Below are positions 14,001 through 28,022 of a stretch of DNA of 64,000 nt, one piece after another. How positions within the stretch are numbered: the first letter of the stretch is position 1; each line of letters starts with the position of its first letter. A program made the translations under genes and the position numbers. Under the pieces are notes generated by a model. That model was given only the letters and a program-made list of their open reading frames with translations, ran no database searches and was not told the DNA's origin. The DNA lies in assembly GCA_964016885.1 (NCBI GenBank), contig OZ024742.1, positions 154,876,001 to 154,940,000 on the forward strand. Direction: 5' to 3'. The stretch comes from Eledone cirrhosa (Eukaryota).

Positions 14001-14919
14001 CTTATAAGAATATATACATCTCAAAAAGATAAAACAAAGACACTGGAGTTATTTGGAGAGTTTAATCACAGATTTATTTTAGATATACCTGTTCCCAATA
14101 GGTGCCAAACAAAAAGAAAAATAAATAATACAAAGATATTATAAAAAATATAATCAAGCCTTATTCAACGCAGTATAAATTTATATTCATATACATACGC
14201 ATACACAAACGCACTCATGCGCAATTATTCACAGGCACAGAATCACACACACATGTATACATATTGAATGTTTTATGTTTTTAACAAACACAACTAATTT
14301 CTAAATACATAAACGTAAAAGTAATTAAAACGAAAGTTATGTAAGAATTAATAAGTTATATTAATAACAGTAACAACAACAGTAACAACAACAATAATAA
14401 TAATGAAATAAACGTAACAAAATATAATTGCATTTCAGAACAAAAAAGAACGTAAAAAGATACACCTTCAAATTCAATAGTATATTTTTGGAGTAATTAG
14501 AATCCAGAAAAAGGATTACTGGATATATATCATCATTCATTGTGCAAACTAAGGAGAAATAAAGGAGATAAGTTAAGAAGAAAAATAAGTATATATATAT
14601 ATATATTATATACACACGGAGGCATACCTCATAAACACACACACTTATACACGCACACATATAAATAAATAAATATATATATATATATATATATATTCAT
14701 AGTGAAAAATATACCTGCATATATGTACATATGATCATATATGTGTGATTGTTTATACATCTACATATATTCTTCCACCAATTTCGACTGCACTTGAGTG
14801 GGACATCAGCTTTATCTGTGTTGGGTTTATAGTTGAAAAAATAATAAAATTACTAGTAATAATCAAAATACTAGTAATATTAATACTAAACGACACTTGG
14901 GAATATACGAACGACACCG

Positions 14920-15016
14920 ATGGCAATGATGATTTTAACGAAACATACCATGTTATACCAGCCGAGATATATTTTATTTATGTGTATACTTATTGGTTTT
15001 ACATCAGGATCCGGAG
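14920..15016 (+). CDS. First coding exon of a secreted or membrane protein, encoding the signal peptide MAMMILTKHTMLYQPRYILFMCILIGFTSGSG; exon probably starts at 14833
   Basis: In-frame TAA at 14887 then ATG at 14920; basic residue, hydrophobic core, small-residue cleavage zone; consensus donor GAG|GTAAGT, phase 1; acceptor TTTATAG at 14832. Confidence 0.7.
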
Positions 15017-15086
15017 GTAAGTGTCAATAAATATGTATATGTAATAATACCGGCATACATGCATACATATAGAAACAAATAACAGG

Positions 15087-15625
<539 letters not shown>

Positions 15626-15629
15626 CATA

Positions 15630-15858
15630 TTATTCTTACACGCTTTTACCTGTCCCAGCCACCCAACTGAGTCCGTGGTGGGGCTCCGCATGTATGTATG
15701 CATATATGTGTGCATGTGTATACATATACACACGAGAGTCTGCTGTGGTGAGACAGGGGTGAACACCAATCTGGGGAGCACTTATTGCATGGGGAGATGA
15801 AGAGAGGGTTAGTGATATATAAAATCCAGACCGCGGCTCCAAGGGGACGGATTTTACA
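15630..15858 (-). mobile_element. SINE-like fragment with CCCCA...GGTAAAAG...GAATAA tail
   Basis: Tail resembles that at 20130-20185; GC-richer island between microsatellites. Confidence 0.4.
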
Positions 15859-15978
15859 CACACACAAACGCATATATATAGATCGATAGACATATATATA
15901 TATATATGTTTATATTATATGTATATCTATACGTAGTATATATATATATATTTTTTTTTTCTTGCGTGTGTGCGCGTG

Positions 15979-16055
<77 letters not shown>

Positions 16056-16164
16056 TATATATAATATGAACATATACATGAATATATATATAGATATATA
16101 TATCATTTTTTGTCCGCTTTTCCCTGCTCGAAAGGGTGGGACACACGCGCACACACATACACAT

Positions 16165-16196
<32 letters not shown>

Positions 16197-16199
<3 letters not shown>

Positions 16200-16368
16200 G
16201 GAACCAGTAAGACCCGACAGCCGAATTAGCGTCTCTGAATTAGCCGTCGAAACGGCTTGAGCTCAGCTGTCGGGGTCTTACTGGTTCCTATTACCCACTC
16301 TACTACCTCAAGTATTGAGTACTTTGGTGCGTTATGGTCCACCTGGTTCCTTACCACATTTCCTTCGT
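16197..16368 (+). mobile_element. Family B pLTR-like copy with a 5' hairpin
   Basis: GGAACCAGTAAGACCCGACAGC pairs with GCTGTCGGGGTCTTACTGGTTCC; 3' end TTCCTTCGTT joins (TA)n. Confidence 0.8.
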
Positions 16369-16370
16369 TA

Positions 16371-16680
<310 letters not shown>

Positions 16681-16865
16681 TATGTATATAAGATATATAT
16701 ATATATATATACATGAGTATATAAGATATTTATATATATATATATATATAAATATATATGAGTATATAAGATATTTATATTATATATATATATATATATA
16801 TGTATATGAGTATATAAGATATATATATATATATGAATATATAAGATATATATATATATATATGA

Positions 16866-17134
<269 letters not shown>

Positions 17135-17180
17135 TTATATATATATTTATATGTATATATATATATATACATATGTATAT

Positions 17181-17281
<101 letters not shown>

Positions 17282-17370
17282 CATGTATGTGTAAATATAT
17301 ATATATATATATTTATATGAAAGGTGTAAAATAAGAAAAGTTTAAAAATTTAAAATTAACTTACTAATAC

Positions 17371-17420
<50 letters not shown>

Positions 17421-17423
17421 ATG

Positions 17424-17462
<39 letters not shown>

Positions 17463-17569
17463 AAATATATATATATATACGTGTATATGTATAATGTATA
17501 TATATGTGTATCTATATATATATAGTGACGAAACATAAGTCAATTGCATGAACTCATAATACTTTATTT

Positions 17570-17625
17570 ACTGCTATCTATATTTCGATGATAGCCACTG
17601 AATGGCTATGGCCTCTTCAGGCAAT
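17570..17625 (-). ncRNA. Minimal type I hammerhead ribozyme in a short pLTR-like element (~17523-17690)
   Basis: Minus strand: AUUGC-CUGAAGA-GGCCAUAGCCA-UUCAG-UGGCUAUCAUC-GAAA-U-AUAG-A-UA-GCAGU, followed by AAUAAA; the same tail appears at 10607-10637. Confidence 0.8.
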
Positions 17626-17689
17626 TAGACAGTTCTTAGATATGCCTACTATGTGTTTATAGTGTTGAATGTATCAGAGCCTTGGGACA

Positions 17690-17727
17690 TATATATATAT
17701 ATATATATGTGTATATATATATATATA

Positions 17728-17798
<71 letters not shown>

Positions 17799-17886
17799 AT
17801 ATGCTTGTATATATATATATATATATATATATGCATGTATATATATATATATATATATATGCATGTATATATATATATATATATGC

Positions 17887-17965
<79 letters not shown>

Positions 17966-17994
17966 ATAGATATATATATATATATATATATATG

Positions 17995-18025
<31 letters not shown>

Positions 18026-18074
18026 ATATATATATATTATATATATATATATATATATATGATATATATATATA

Positions 18075-18116
<42 letters not shown>

Positions 18117-18143
18117 ATATATATATATATTTATATATATATG

Positions 18144-18174
<31 letters not shown>

Positions 18175-18175
18175 A

Positions 18176-18218
<43 letters not shown>

Positions 18219-18369
18219 GATATATATATATATATGATATATATATGATATATATATATATATATATATATTATATGATATATATATATATATATATATA
18301 ATACATATATATATATAATATATATATATATATAATATATACATACATGATATATATATATATATATAT

Positions 18370-18403
<34 letters not shown>

Positions 18404-18852
18404 ATATATATATATGATATATATATATATTATATATATATATATTATATATATTATATTATATATATATATGTATTATATATATATATATATTATATAT
18501 ATATATGTATTTTATATATATATAAATACATATCATATATATATATGTATTATATATATATATAAATAAATATCATATATATATATAAATCATATATATA
18601 TATATATATATAACATACATAGATATATATATATCATATATATATATATGATATATTTATATGATATATATATATATAACATACATAGATATATATATAT
18701 ATCATATATATATATCATATATTTATATGATATATATATATAACATACATAGATATATATATATCATATATATATATGATATATTTATATGATATATATA
18801 TATAACATACATAGATATATATATATCATATATATATATCATATATATATGT

Positions 18853-18912
<60 letters not shown>

Positions 18913-19159
18913 ATATATATATATGTATATATATTATATATATAAATATATATATAATGTTTATATATATATGATATATATATACATATATCATTTATAT
19001 ATGATATATATATATATATTGTATATATATATATAATGTATATATATATATATAATGTATATATATATATATATATATAATGTATATATATAATGTATAT
19101 ATATATATATATATAATGTATATATATAATGTATATATATATATATATATAATGTATAT

Positions 19160-19205
<46 letters not shown>

Positions 19206-19298
19206 GTATATATATATATATAATGTATATATATATAATGTATATATATATATAATGTATATATATATATATATAATGTATATATATATATATATATA

Positions 19299-19345
<47 letters not shown>

Positions 19346-19357
19346 TACATATAATGA

Positions 19358-19390
<33 letters not shown>

Positions 19391-19473
19391 TATATACATA
19401 TATATATACATATATATATACATTTATATATATATATATATATATTTAGATATATATATATATATATATATAC

Positions 19474-19570
<97 letters not shown>

Positions 19571-19751
19571 TATATACATACATATATACATTTATATATA
19601 TACATATATATATGTATATACATATATATATACATTTATTATATATATATATATATATATAAATATACATACATAAATATAAATATAGATTTATGTATGT
19701 ATGTATATTTATATATATACATATATATATATATACATATACACACATATA

Positions 19752-19845
<94 letters not shown>
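17690..19845. repeat. Complex TA-derived microsatellite/minisatellite, including a ~63-66 bp unit x4 at ~18600-18845
   Basis: AACATACATAGAT recurs at ~18612, 18678, 18742 and 18805. Confidence 0.9.
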
Positions 19846-19848
<3 letters not shown>

Positions 19849-20064
19849 ATTTATTTTTAAAACTGCTCTATATCATCTTTTATCTGATGAAAGCACACCA
19901 TAATTTAACTTGGTGTCCTTAAAATATGTATAATGAAATAAATATGGTTTTATAAATATAGTTTCCATTTGTTAATATCGCATTTTTACTCCAATTATTT
20001 GTTGAGTGCTTTACATTAGTTATAAAAATATTTGCTTGTTGTATCCCAACAATTTAAATAGAAC

Positions 20065-20072
<8 letters not shown>
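19846..20072 (+). mobile_element. Family A pLTR-like copy with inactivated hammerhead (19878-19938)
   Basis: CUGAUGA at 19884-19890 is intact but GAAA reads AAAA at 19921-19924 (G12A). Confidence 0.8.
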
Positions 20073-20132
<60 letters not shown>

Positions 20133-20284
20133 CTCTTTTACTCTCATACCTCTTCCCGCCATCCGGCCGAGGCCATGCTGGGGCTCCACCCTTGTTGCTG
20201 TACAATCTAACCAGCGTGTGTTAGCTGGCCATTGGTGCAAGCTGGAGTTGGCTGCTGCTGCCCTTAGGCTGCCTTTAGTTTATA

Positions 20285-20405
<121 letters not shown>

Positions 20406-20486
20406 CGTATATCATATACATATATACCTAATAAATAACATACACAAGACCACAAATGAAACAAAATGTTACACAATTTTATTAGG

Positions 20487-20522
20487 TTTCAACGTTTCGG
20501 ACAGACATCTTTCTTCAGGAAA
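20487..20522 (-). ncRNA. Penelope-type minimal hammerhead (GAAACGUU) with eroded stem II
   Basis: Minus strand: UUUC-CUGAAGA-AAGAUGUCUGUCC-GAAA-CG-UU-GAAA, followed by AAUAAA. Confidence 0.65.
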
Positions 20523-20608
20523 TATCGGATAAGGAGATAACCGATAGACTTACAGTCTCTCTCTCTATATATATATAATATATACATATGTAGAATACTT
20601 ATTTATAA

Positions 20609-20640
<32 letters not shown>

Positions 20641-20650
<10 letters not shown>

Positions 20651-20927
20651 AGATCAAAAGATGGTTAAAGGAGTTCCATGTATTTTATTATGCGCATTCA
20701 AAAACAAACATCATCATGCAATAATATTTGTGTTTTCATCAGATAAAACAGGAGGACATGTTGATTTAAAACTGCACTATCCACAAGTGTTTTTTAGCCT
20801 TCATATCATGTCCTCCTGTTTTATCTGATGAAAACACAAATATTATTGCATGATGATGTTTGTTTTTGAAATGCGCATAATAAAATACATGGAACTCCTT
20901 TAACCATCTTTTGATCTTATATATTAT
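20641..20927. repeat. Palindromic element, ~120-bp arms with 46-nt spacer, one hammerhead per arm
   Basis: 20641-20760 is the reverse complement of 20807-20927; the minus-strand copy lacks one A of GAAA. Confidence 0.95.
20817..20887 (+). ncRNA. Type I hammerhead ribozyme with a 16-position stem II and GCGC loop 3
   Basis: UGUUUUAU-CUGAUGA(20825-31)-AAACACAAAUAUUAUU-GCAU-GAUGAUGUUUGUUUUU-GAAA(20868-71)-U-GCGC-A-UA-AUAAAAUA. Confidence 0.88.
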
Positions 20928-21013
20928 ATATACTCCAGTCCTACAAACTGTAGAGTGCTTCTTATCCGATATCTGTATTGCTTTATTATACTACAACAAA
21001 ACTCACCTCCTAC

Positions 21014-21078
<65 letters not shown>

Positions 21079-21335
21079 GAGAGAGATATGATATATATGT
21101 GTGTGTATTATCTGTTATGTTATTGAATATAGTTGACTTTCATTGTCATTGTTTACAAACCTTCCCTTGTGAATGTATTAGGACATTCATATGCATTAAC
21201 ATCCACACACATGCACGCGTATATGTGTATATATATATATACCTATACACACACTTCCACACATACGTGCGCCCATATATACATTTACATATCAATATAT
21301 ATGTACACACACATATATATATATGTGTGTATATA

Positions 21336-21379
<44 letters not shown>

Positions 21380-21443
21380 TATTTATATGTGTGTATATGT
21401 ACATATATATATATGTAGCTATGTCATCTCTCTCTCTCTCTCT

Positions 21444-21479
<36 letters not shown>

Positions 21480-22936
21480 TTTTTGTTACATATTAAAATA
21501 TATGTCCTACCTAAACACATGTTTTCATTATTCATTTACACACTGTTCTTACACACGTTTTCCCTCTCTTTTTTTCTCTAGCCCTTTGTATATCTTCTTT
21601 ATATATAAAGAGATATAAAACCCTGATTCCATTCCCAAACGGTTTTAGCGTGTGTGTTCAAGAAACCGTTTTATATTCATATATATAAATATAAGCACCC
21701 CCACACGCACACAGGACTGCCCAATATTGAACCTAGTTCGATCTGCCTCGTCATCACACGTAATCAATCCGCTATAATTCTATACACATACACGCACATA
21801 AATATATACATGTGTATATTTCAACGTGTATATGTTTATATACATACAACGCGTGTGAATGTGTTTAGAATTGTGTTTCGGAATTCCAAATTGGCCGCCA
21901 CTAAGTTGTATTACAAAAAAAAAAAATTGTTCATAGAAAACACCGAATGTGGGTGTGCGTATGTTTCCATATGCCTTACGCACGTGCACACACATGTATG
22001 TATATCATAAAAAAACAAGAAAAGAAAACTAAATCTATATACTCTTGCGTATGAAATCACAAGTATATATATATATATATATATTAATCTTTATATATAT
22101 ATGGGTGTGTGTGCATATTGTGTGCGTGAGCGGGAAATGAAATGTCTGGTGGCTTCTTAAGGGTGGCGACGTGATTTTCAAACTTATGGAACCCAAACCT
22201 CACCATATGTGTGTCTGTATGTGTGTGTATGCGTTTATATGTGCTTAGATCTGTGTTTGTGTCAGTGAGAGAAAGATAAAGGGAAACAGTGTAGAACTAT
22301 TTGTAAATAAGCAACGAACGGGTGAAAAATGAAAAAAAAATAATATTTCATTGTTTTTTTCTTTCTCTCTCATCGTTCTTTTCATATATTTATCTCTAAA
22401 AGGCGTCTATATAACTCCAAATCTACACCTGTAGGTGTCCAAACAATATTTAAAAAAAAACATAAAGTTAAATGTACCGCTTAATCGTAAATGTTTATAT
22501 TGAATGACTGTGTATATATATATGCATGTTCATACATACGCATGTGCGTTTGGGTGTATGAGCGACCATTATAACTAACTTGAATACGTAACAACCTGTA
22601 GAATATTGGGACAAAACGACGTGTTGTGCTTAGTTAGGTTCTGAGTTCAAATCAGACGCAGCTGGACTTTCTTTTCCCCATATATAGAATCGATATAAAA
22701 AGGTATCACTTTAGTACCGGTGTTCACAAAACCGAGCCTATCCCGCAAATTCAACGTTAAGCGCTGGACAGTCATTTAGTTAAGGGTCTGTCCCTTCTGA
22801 GACAGTACGGCTTTCCATTTTATTCACCGAAAACTATAAGATTAAGTATTAATATATTACTGGGGCCAATATAATAAGTATATCCTTTCTATGATAATTG
22901 ATTCAGTGAGCCACTGTATGAGATATACATTGTATA

Positions 22937-23085
22937 CAGACGTGGTTGTGTAGTTAAGGAGTTCGCTTCACAAACATTCAATATAACAGTCCCGCTGGGT
23001 GGCAAATGTTTCCTGTCATCTACTATAGCTGCGGGTTGACCAGTGTCTTCTTCGTGGACTTTGGTATACAGAAACTGCAGATGCT
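22937..23085 (+). mobile_element. Decayed tRNA-derived SINE (octopus OR-like family)
   Basis: GTGGTTGTGTAGTTAAG A-box-like start; TCTACTATAGC...TTGGTATACAGAAACTG, then a (TG)n tract. Confidence 0.6.
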
Positions 23086-23138
23086 TAATGTATTAACGTA
23101 TATATATATATTTATATATGTGTGTGTGTGTGTGTGTG

Positions 23139-23217
<79 letters not shown>

Positions 23218-23963
23218 TTATATATTTATGATGTTTTTCTATGTGTGTATATGTTTTGTATGGATCTGCATTTATATTCCTTCACTTAACTGTTCGAAAA
23301 AAAGTTAGTAAAATATAGGGGTCATATAATTTACTAAATCATGACAGTGTAGCAGCATGGCTGCAGATTGAGGACTAAAACCTCAAACTTAATAAAGGAA
23401 CGTGCAAATAACAGACTGAGAAGCCGGGCTTTAGCTAACGAGATACCGGTCTTTAGCTGTTCCACTGTGATTATATGTTGTAGATATCGATGTGTGTATG
23501 TGTGTGTGTTCATATATGCGGATATGTCTGTATGCTTTTGTTTGTATATTTGCGTTTTTTTTGTTTTTTTTTCAATTCATATGATTGAGGAAATGTGCGC
23601 AGCCAACGGCCTTCAGAAATTCTACGAGGCGGATAGATAGATTTAGTGATGTGACGTTGATGTACCGCTTAATTGGTTGCAGCTCCACTCCTTTTGGAGT
23701 CTATGTTCTGGGATAGAATTATTAGGTGTCGTAGGTTATGTAGTGCCAAAGGATACACACTACAATGGTAATGAATCGGAGAGGGTACTTGATAGGGTAC
23801 TTGTGTATATATGTTTGCATATTTATTCATATTGTTGTAGACAGTATTTGATTATGAATTTTATTTAGGTAATGGTGGTTGTAGAGGTGGATGGGTGGCA
23901 AATTAATTCTGTTTGTCTATAGCGCGGGTCTGTTGGTTTTAATTTATTTTAATCTAATATTTC

Positions 23964-24040
<77 letters not shown>

Positions 24041-25105
24041 TATGCGTGTGTGTGTTGTGCGAGTTCGTGAGTGTGTGTTTGTGGACTGGGTTTAGGGAAC
24101 ACAATTCACTAACCTTATACCTGTGGCAGGGCATTTGGGCATTCTTATCTTGGTATAATTTGTTTGTAGATTTAAGTGTTTATGTGTGTGAGGGGTGTGT
24201 AGGTATGTGTGTGTATATATCAACATCTGGTCGAATATATATTTATACAGTGTTTGTTACGGGTGTGAAAAAGAGTATTCAATACTGAAATAGTGTTTAA
24301 ATATTGTTTATTAAGGCTAGGTAATCAGTTTTATTATTCTGCATTTTCACCAGATATGATTCTCATATTTATGAACATGTGTATAAAACTATATTCCGTA
24401 TTGCTATCCTATACATAAATGTTGAATATGTGTTTGCATATGACACTTGCTTGTAAATATATGCAGTTTAGTGTTTGTTCACACTAGTCTGTGTGCATGT
24501 GTATGTTTATACATCAGGTCTCGTGTGACATTATATTAACATTAGTAGTACTTTCAATGTAAGTGTGTATGTGTATGTGTGTGTGTGTGTGTTTATGTGC
24601 ATACTTATGCATGTTTGACTGCGTAAGTCTCTCGAGTTTTACATAAATATGTTGTGGTATGCGTGCGACAGCTGTGGGTTACTTCATGATCATGTGACTT
24701 CTGTGGGCATGTGTATATTTTGCATGCAACCCTGTGAATATCTATAAGTGTATCAAAATATAAGCACGTATACATTTACACTAATATATGAGTGAAAATG
24801 TTTACGTGCTTATAGTTTGTTATTAAATTTGCATCTGTGTGCTAAAATATACGGATTTGCTTGCTTACATGTGTGTATGCCTGTGTCTTCCTAGATTATC
24901 GTGCTTTTGTTTTTACTTAGCGTTTTGTGTATATTTCATTTTGATTTAACTATGTGACATGTCTGTGCGTGTGTGTTGTGTTTCTTCTGTCTCTCTCCCG
25001 CTCCCTCTCTCTCTCTCTCACTGCATGCACACACACACATACACACACACTCACGAGAGAGAGAGAGAAATAGAGAGAGAGAGAGAGATAGAGATAGAGG
25101 GAGTT

Positions 25106-25194
<89 letters not shown>

Positions 25195-25200
<6 letters not shown>

Positions 25201-25967
25201 GAGATAAAGCGTGCGTGTATATCTAATTTTCTCTGTGAGACAGTCTGCGACGAAGAGAATGGATGGCATAAACAAATACCAACTCACTTTAAGGACTTAT
25301 CTATCTCGAAAAAGATCTGTCCCACATGCGTGTGCGACGAGGAAACCGTTGCACACGCATTGGTACACTGTTCGGGCATTGCCGATCTGTGGGGCTATGT
25401 CGAACGACTGCTGTCAAGGGTGGGACCGATCCGGTTGACCACCGAGTCTATTGTAACGATCAAGCCGCCTCCCCTCTTCAAAAACGAAGAGGCGGTGTTT
25501 CTGTGCGTAATAGCCATGGCGAAAGAGGTTGTATGGTGGACGCGTCTGAAAGGACTGAGGTCAGACACCTTTCTCTCTGGCCAACAACTGGTCCGTTTCT
25601 TCCGATATCATTTCGGAAGAAGGATCAGGGTGGAGAGAGAGGTGCTGCACCCCAGCCGTTTTTATGAAAGATGGGTGAAAGTGGCGAGAAGGGCCCGTGT
25701 GAATGGGCCTTCACTCTACATCAGACTATAGGTGAGGTGGATGAAAGATCAAGGGAGCACCCCCTCTCTGTGCTCCTGAGGAGAAGGGTTGCACACTTTT
25801 TCGGGGGTGTGTGCGACCCCCCAAGGCGCCTCCTCCCTAGTGAGGATTTTCTTATTAAATTTATTTTTGTTATATTTTATATATTATTTTTTATATCTTG
25901 TTATTGCTTCCTCCTTATTGAGGACGCCTTTTTATGTAAACTCCCCCCATTGTACTTGTCCCACTCT
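25195..25967 (+). mobile_element. 5'-truncated L1/Tx1-clade LINE: ORF2 C-terminus (to 25731) and 3' UTR
   Basis: CPTCVCDEETVAHALVHC CCHC knuckle, then LW..V..LL and AKEVVWWTR; uninterrupted 178-aa frame; structured and then T-rich UTR. Confidence 0.85.
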
Positions 25968-26017
<50 letters not shown>

Positions 26018-26127
26018 TTGGTAGTGGTAGTAGTAGTAGTAGTAGTAGTAGTAGTACGAGTAGTAGTAATGGTGGTGGTGGTGGCGCTGGTGGTGGTCAT
26101 GATTGTAGTACCGGTAGTACTAGTTAA
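25968..26127. repeat. (AGT)n/(GGT)n tract; inverted duplicate of 27732-~27890
   Basis: GGTCATGATTGTAGTACCGGTAGTACTAGTTAA is the reverse complement of TTAACTAGTACTACCGGTACTACAATCATGACC. Confidence 0.9.
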
Positions 26128-26627
26128 TAAAAATAAATTTATCTATGTATATATCTTTACTTCTGCGTGCCTGCATGTGTGTATGTATGTGTTTGTGTGT
26201 GAGTGTATGTGTGTATGTGGGAGAGCGAGAGATACCGTGCCAAGGCTACTCTATCACAATTATGTTCTATATCCCACTAACACTTCGGGAGACTAATAAC
26301 TTCTAAGGTACTCGATCATCTATTCGGACCAAATAAATATCTTCTCTACTTCCAGGTCGTAGGTTAAGTTTTCTAAGTTAAGTTATTACCGAATGAGAAT
26401 GGTAGAATGCGAAAAATAATGCAAACATTCTCACCGATAAAATCTCCGTCAATACTATCATCAATGCCATCATTATCACCACTCTTACTGCCATTGTATA
26501 AAGTCATTCACGTTATCATTATAATCAGAACGGCCTCAACAGTCATCATCATATTCATCACGTCCATCGCAGTCAACGTCCCTTCATCGCCACTAACATT
26601 GCTGTCATCACGACTATTCATTATCAC

Positions 26628-26741
26628 TGAGTTAACGTCCCGCCGAGGTGAGCTTTGCCTTTCATCCTTACGGGGTCGATAAAATAAAGTACCAGTAATG
26701 CACTGGTTAATTTCTGGCCTTGTGCCAAAGTAGAAACAATT
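26628..26741 (+). mobile_element. SINE 3' half (Deu/Nin-like)
   Basis: CCCGCCGAGG...TTTGCCTTTCATCCTTACGGGGTCGATAAAATAAAGTACCAG. Confidence 0.9.
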
Positions 26742-26970
26742 ATCACTATCGCCCCAATCATTATAGCTATCATTGACATAGTCACCGCATGCCATCATCA
26801 TCACCATCATCATTAACATCAGCAGCAGTTTAGTTCCCATCATCATCATCATCATTACAATTACCACAAACGCCAAATGTCACCACCACTTTCATCACGA
26901 TGTTAGCTATCATCATAACTACAAACATGATTAATAAGTTCTACATTCCAGCATCACCACTACCATCATC

Positions 26971-27166
26971 ACTAACACCATAATTAGTACTACGGTCTAC
27001 CATCGTCACTACTATTAGTACTACGGTCTACCCTCGTCACTACTATCATTACTAACACCACAATTAGTACTACGGTCTACCATCGTCACCACTATTAGTA
27101 CTACGGTCTACCCTCGTCACTACTATCATTACTAACACCACAATTAGTACTACGGTCCACCATCGC
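26971..27166. repeat. 80-bp higher-order minisatellite (~2.5 units) with 29-bp subunits
   Basis: ACTAACACCA at 26971, 27051 and 27131; ATTAGTACTACGGTC repeated five times. Confidence 0.9.
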
Positions 27167-27512
27167 CATTACAACCACCACTACTATCACCACTACCACC
27201 CTCACCCTCACCACTGCCATTATCACCACTACCACCATAATCACCACCACGGCTAGCGATACGGTCCGCCATCTCCACCACCATCACCACTACCACCATC
27301 ACCACTACGACCTTCACTACCAACACATATGGTACTAATGTCAATTATCACTACCATCTACACTACTAATATTACAACCACCACAAATAGAGCGATCAGT
27401 CACCGTCACGATCACCATCGCTATCATCACCACTACCATCATTATCTGTTTGGTTATTAGTGTCTCAATTACACTGATTAAGTCTATGACTATGACCAAT
27501 TATATCATCAAC

Positions 27513-27591
27513 ATCCTTACGGGGTCGATAAAATAAAGTACCAGTAACGCACTAGGTAATTGCTGGCCTTGTGCCAACAGTAGAAATACTT
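27513..27591 (+). mobile_element. SINE 3' fragment
   Basis: ATCCTTACGGGGTCGATAAAATAAAGTACCAG...GTAGAAA. Confidence 0.85.
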
Positions 27592-27731
27592 ATTAACACT
27601 AAATACACGTTTACCGCTGTCACTATAAATGCCACTACAGCATTCAAAACTCCTACCGCGACCACCACTACCATGACAATCAAGCGAACAAACAGTTATG
27701 ATAATCTACGAATGCCACTACTGCAACTAAT

Positions 27732-27913
27732 TTAACTAGTACTACCGGTACTACAATCATGACCGCCACCAGCAGCACCACCACCACCACCACCATTACC
27801 ACTACTCGTACTCGTACTACTACTACTACTACTACTAATACCACCACTACAACTACTACTACTACTACTACTACTACTAATACCGCCACCACTACTACTA
27901 CTGCTACTACTAA

Positions 27914-27960
<47 letters not shown>

Positions 27961-28022
27961 ATAATAATAATAATAATAATACTACTGCTACTGCTACTGC
28001 TACTACTACTACTACTACTACT
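27732..28022. repeat. (ACT)n/(ACC)n/(AAT)n trinucleotide tract
   Basis: Visible. Confidence 0.95.

Noticed and set aside
13825-14007. Acidic 60-aa ORF
   Set aside because: GTG start after a stop, decayed (GAT)n composition, and it runs into (TA)n
14745-15020. 91-aa ORF from the track
   Set aside because: Non-ATG start; another frame gives the signal peptide and fits the donor site
26341-26370. Acceptor-like CTTCCAG and a possible 7-nt exon
   Set aside because: Weak donor (GTTAAG), would shift the frame relative to the 46890 exon, and read-through hits a stop
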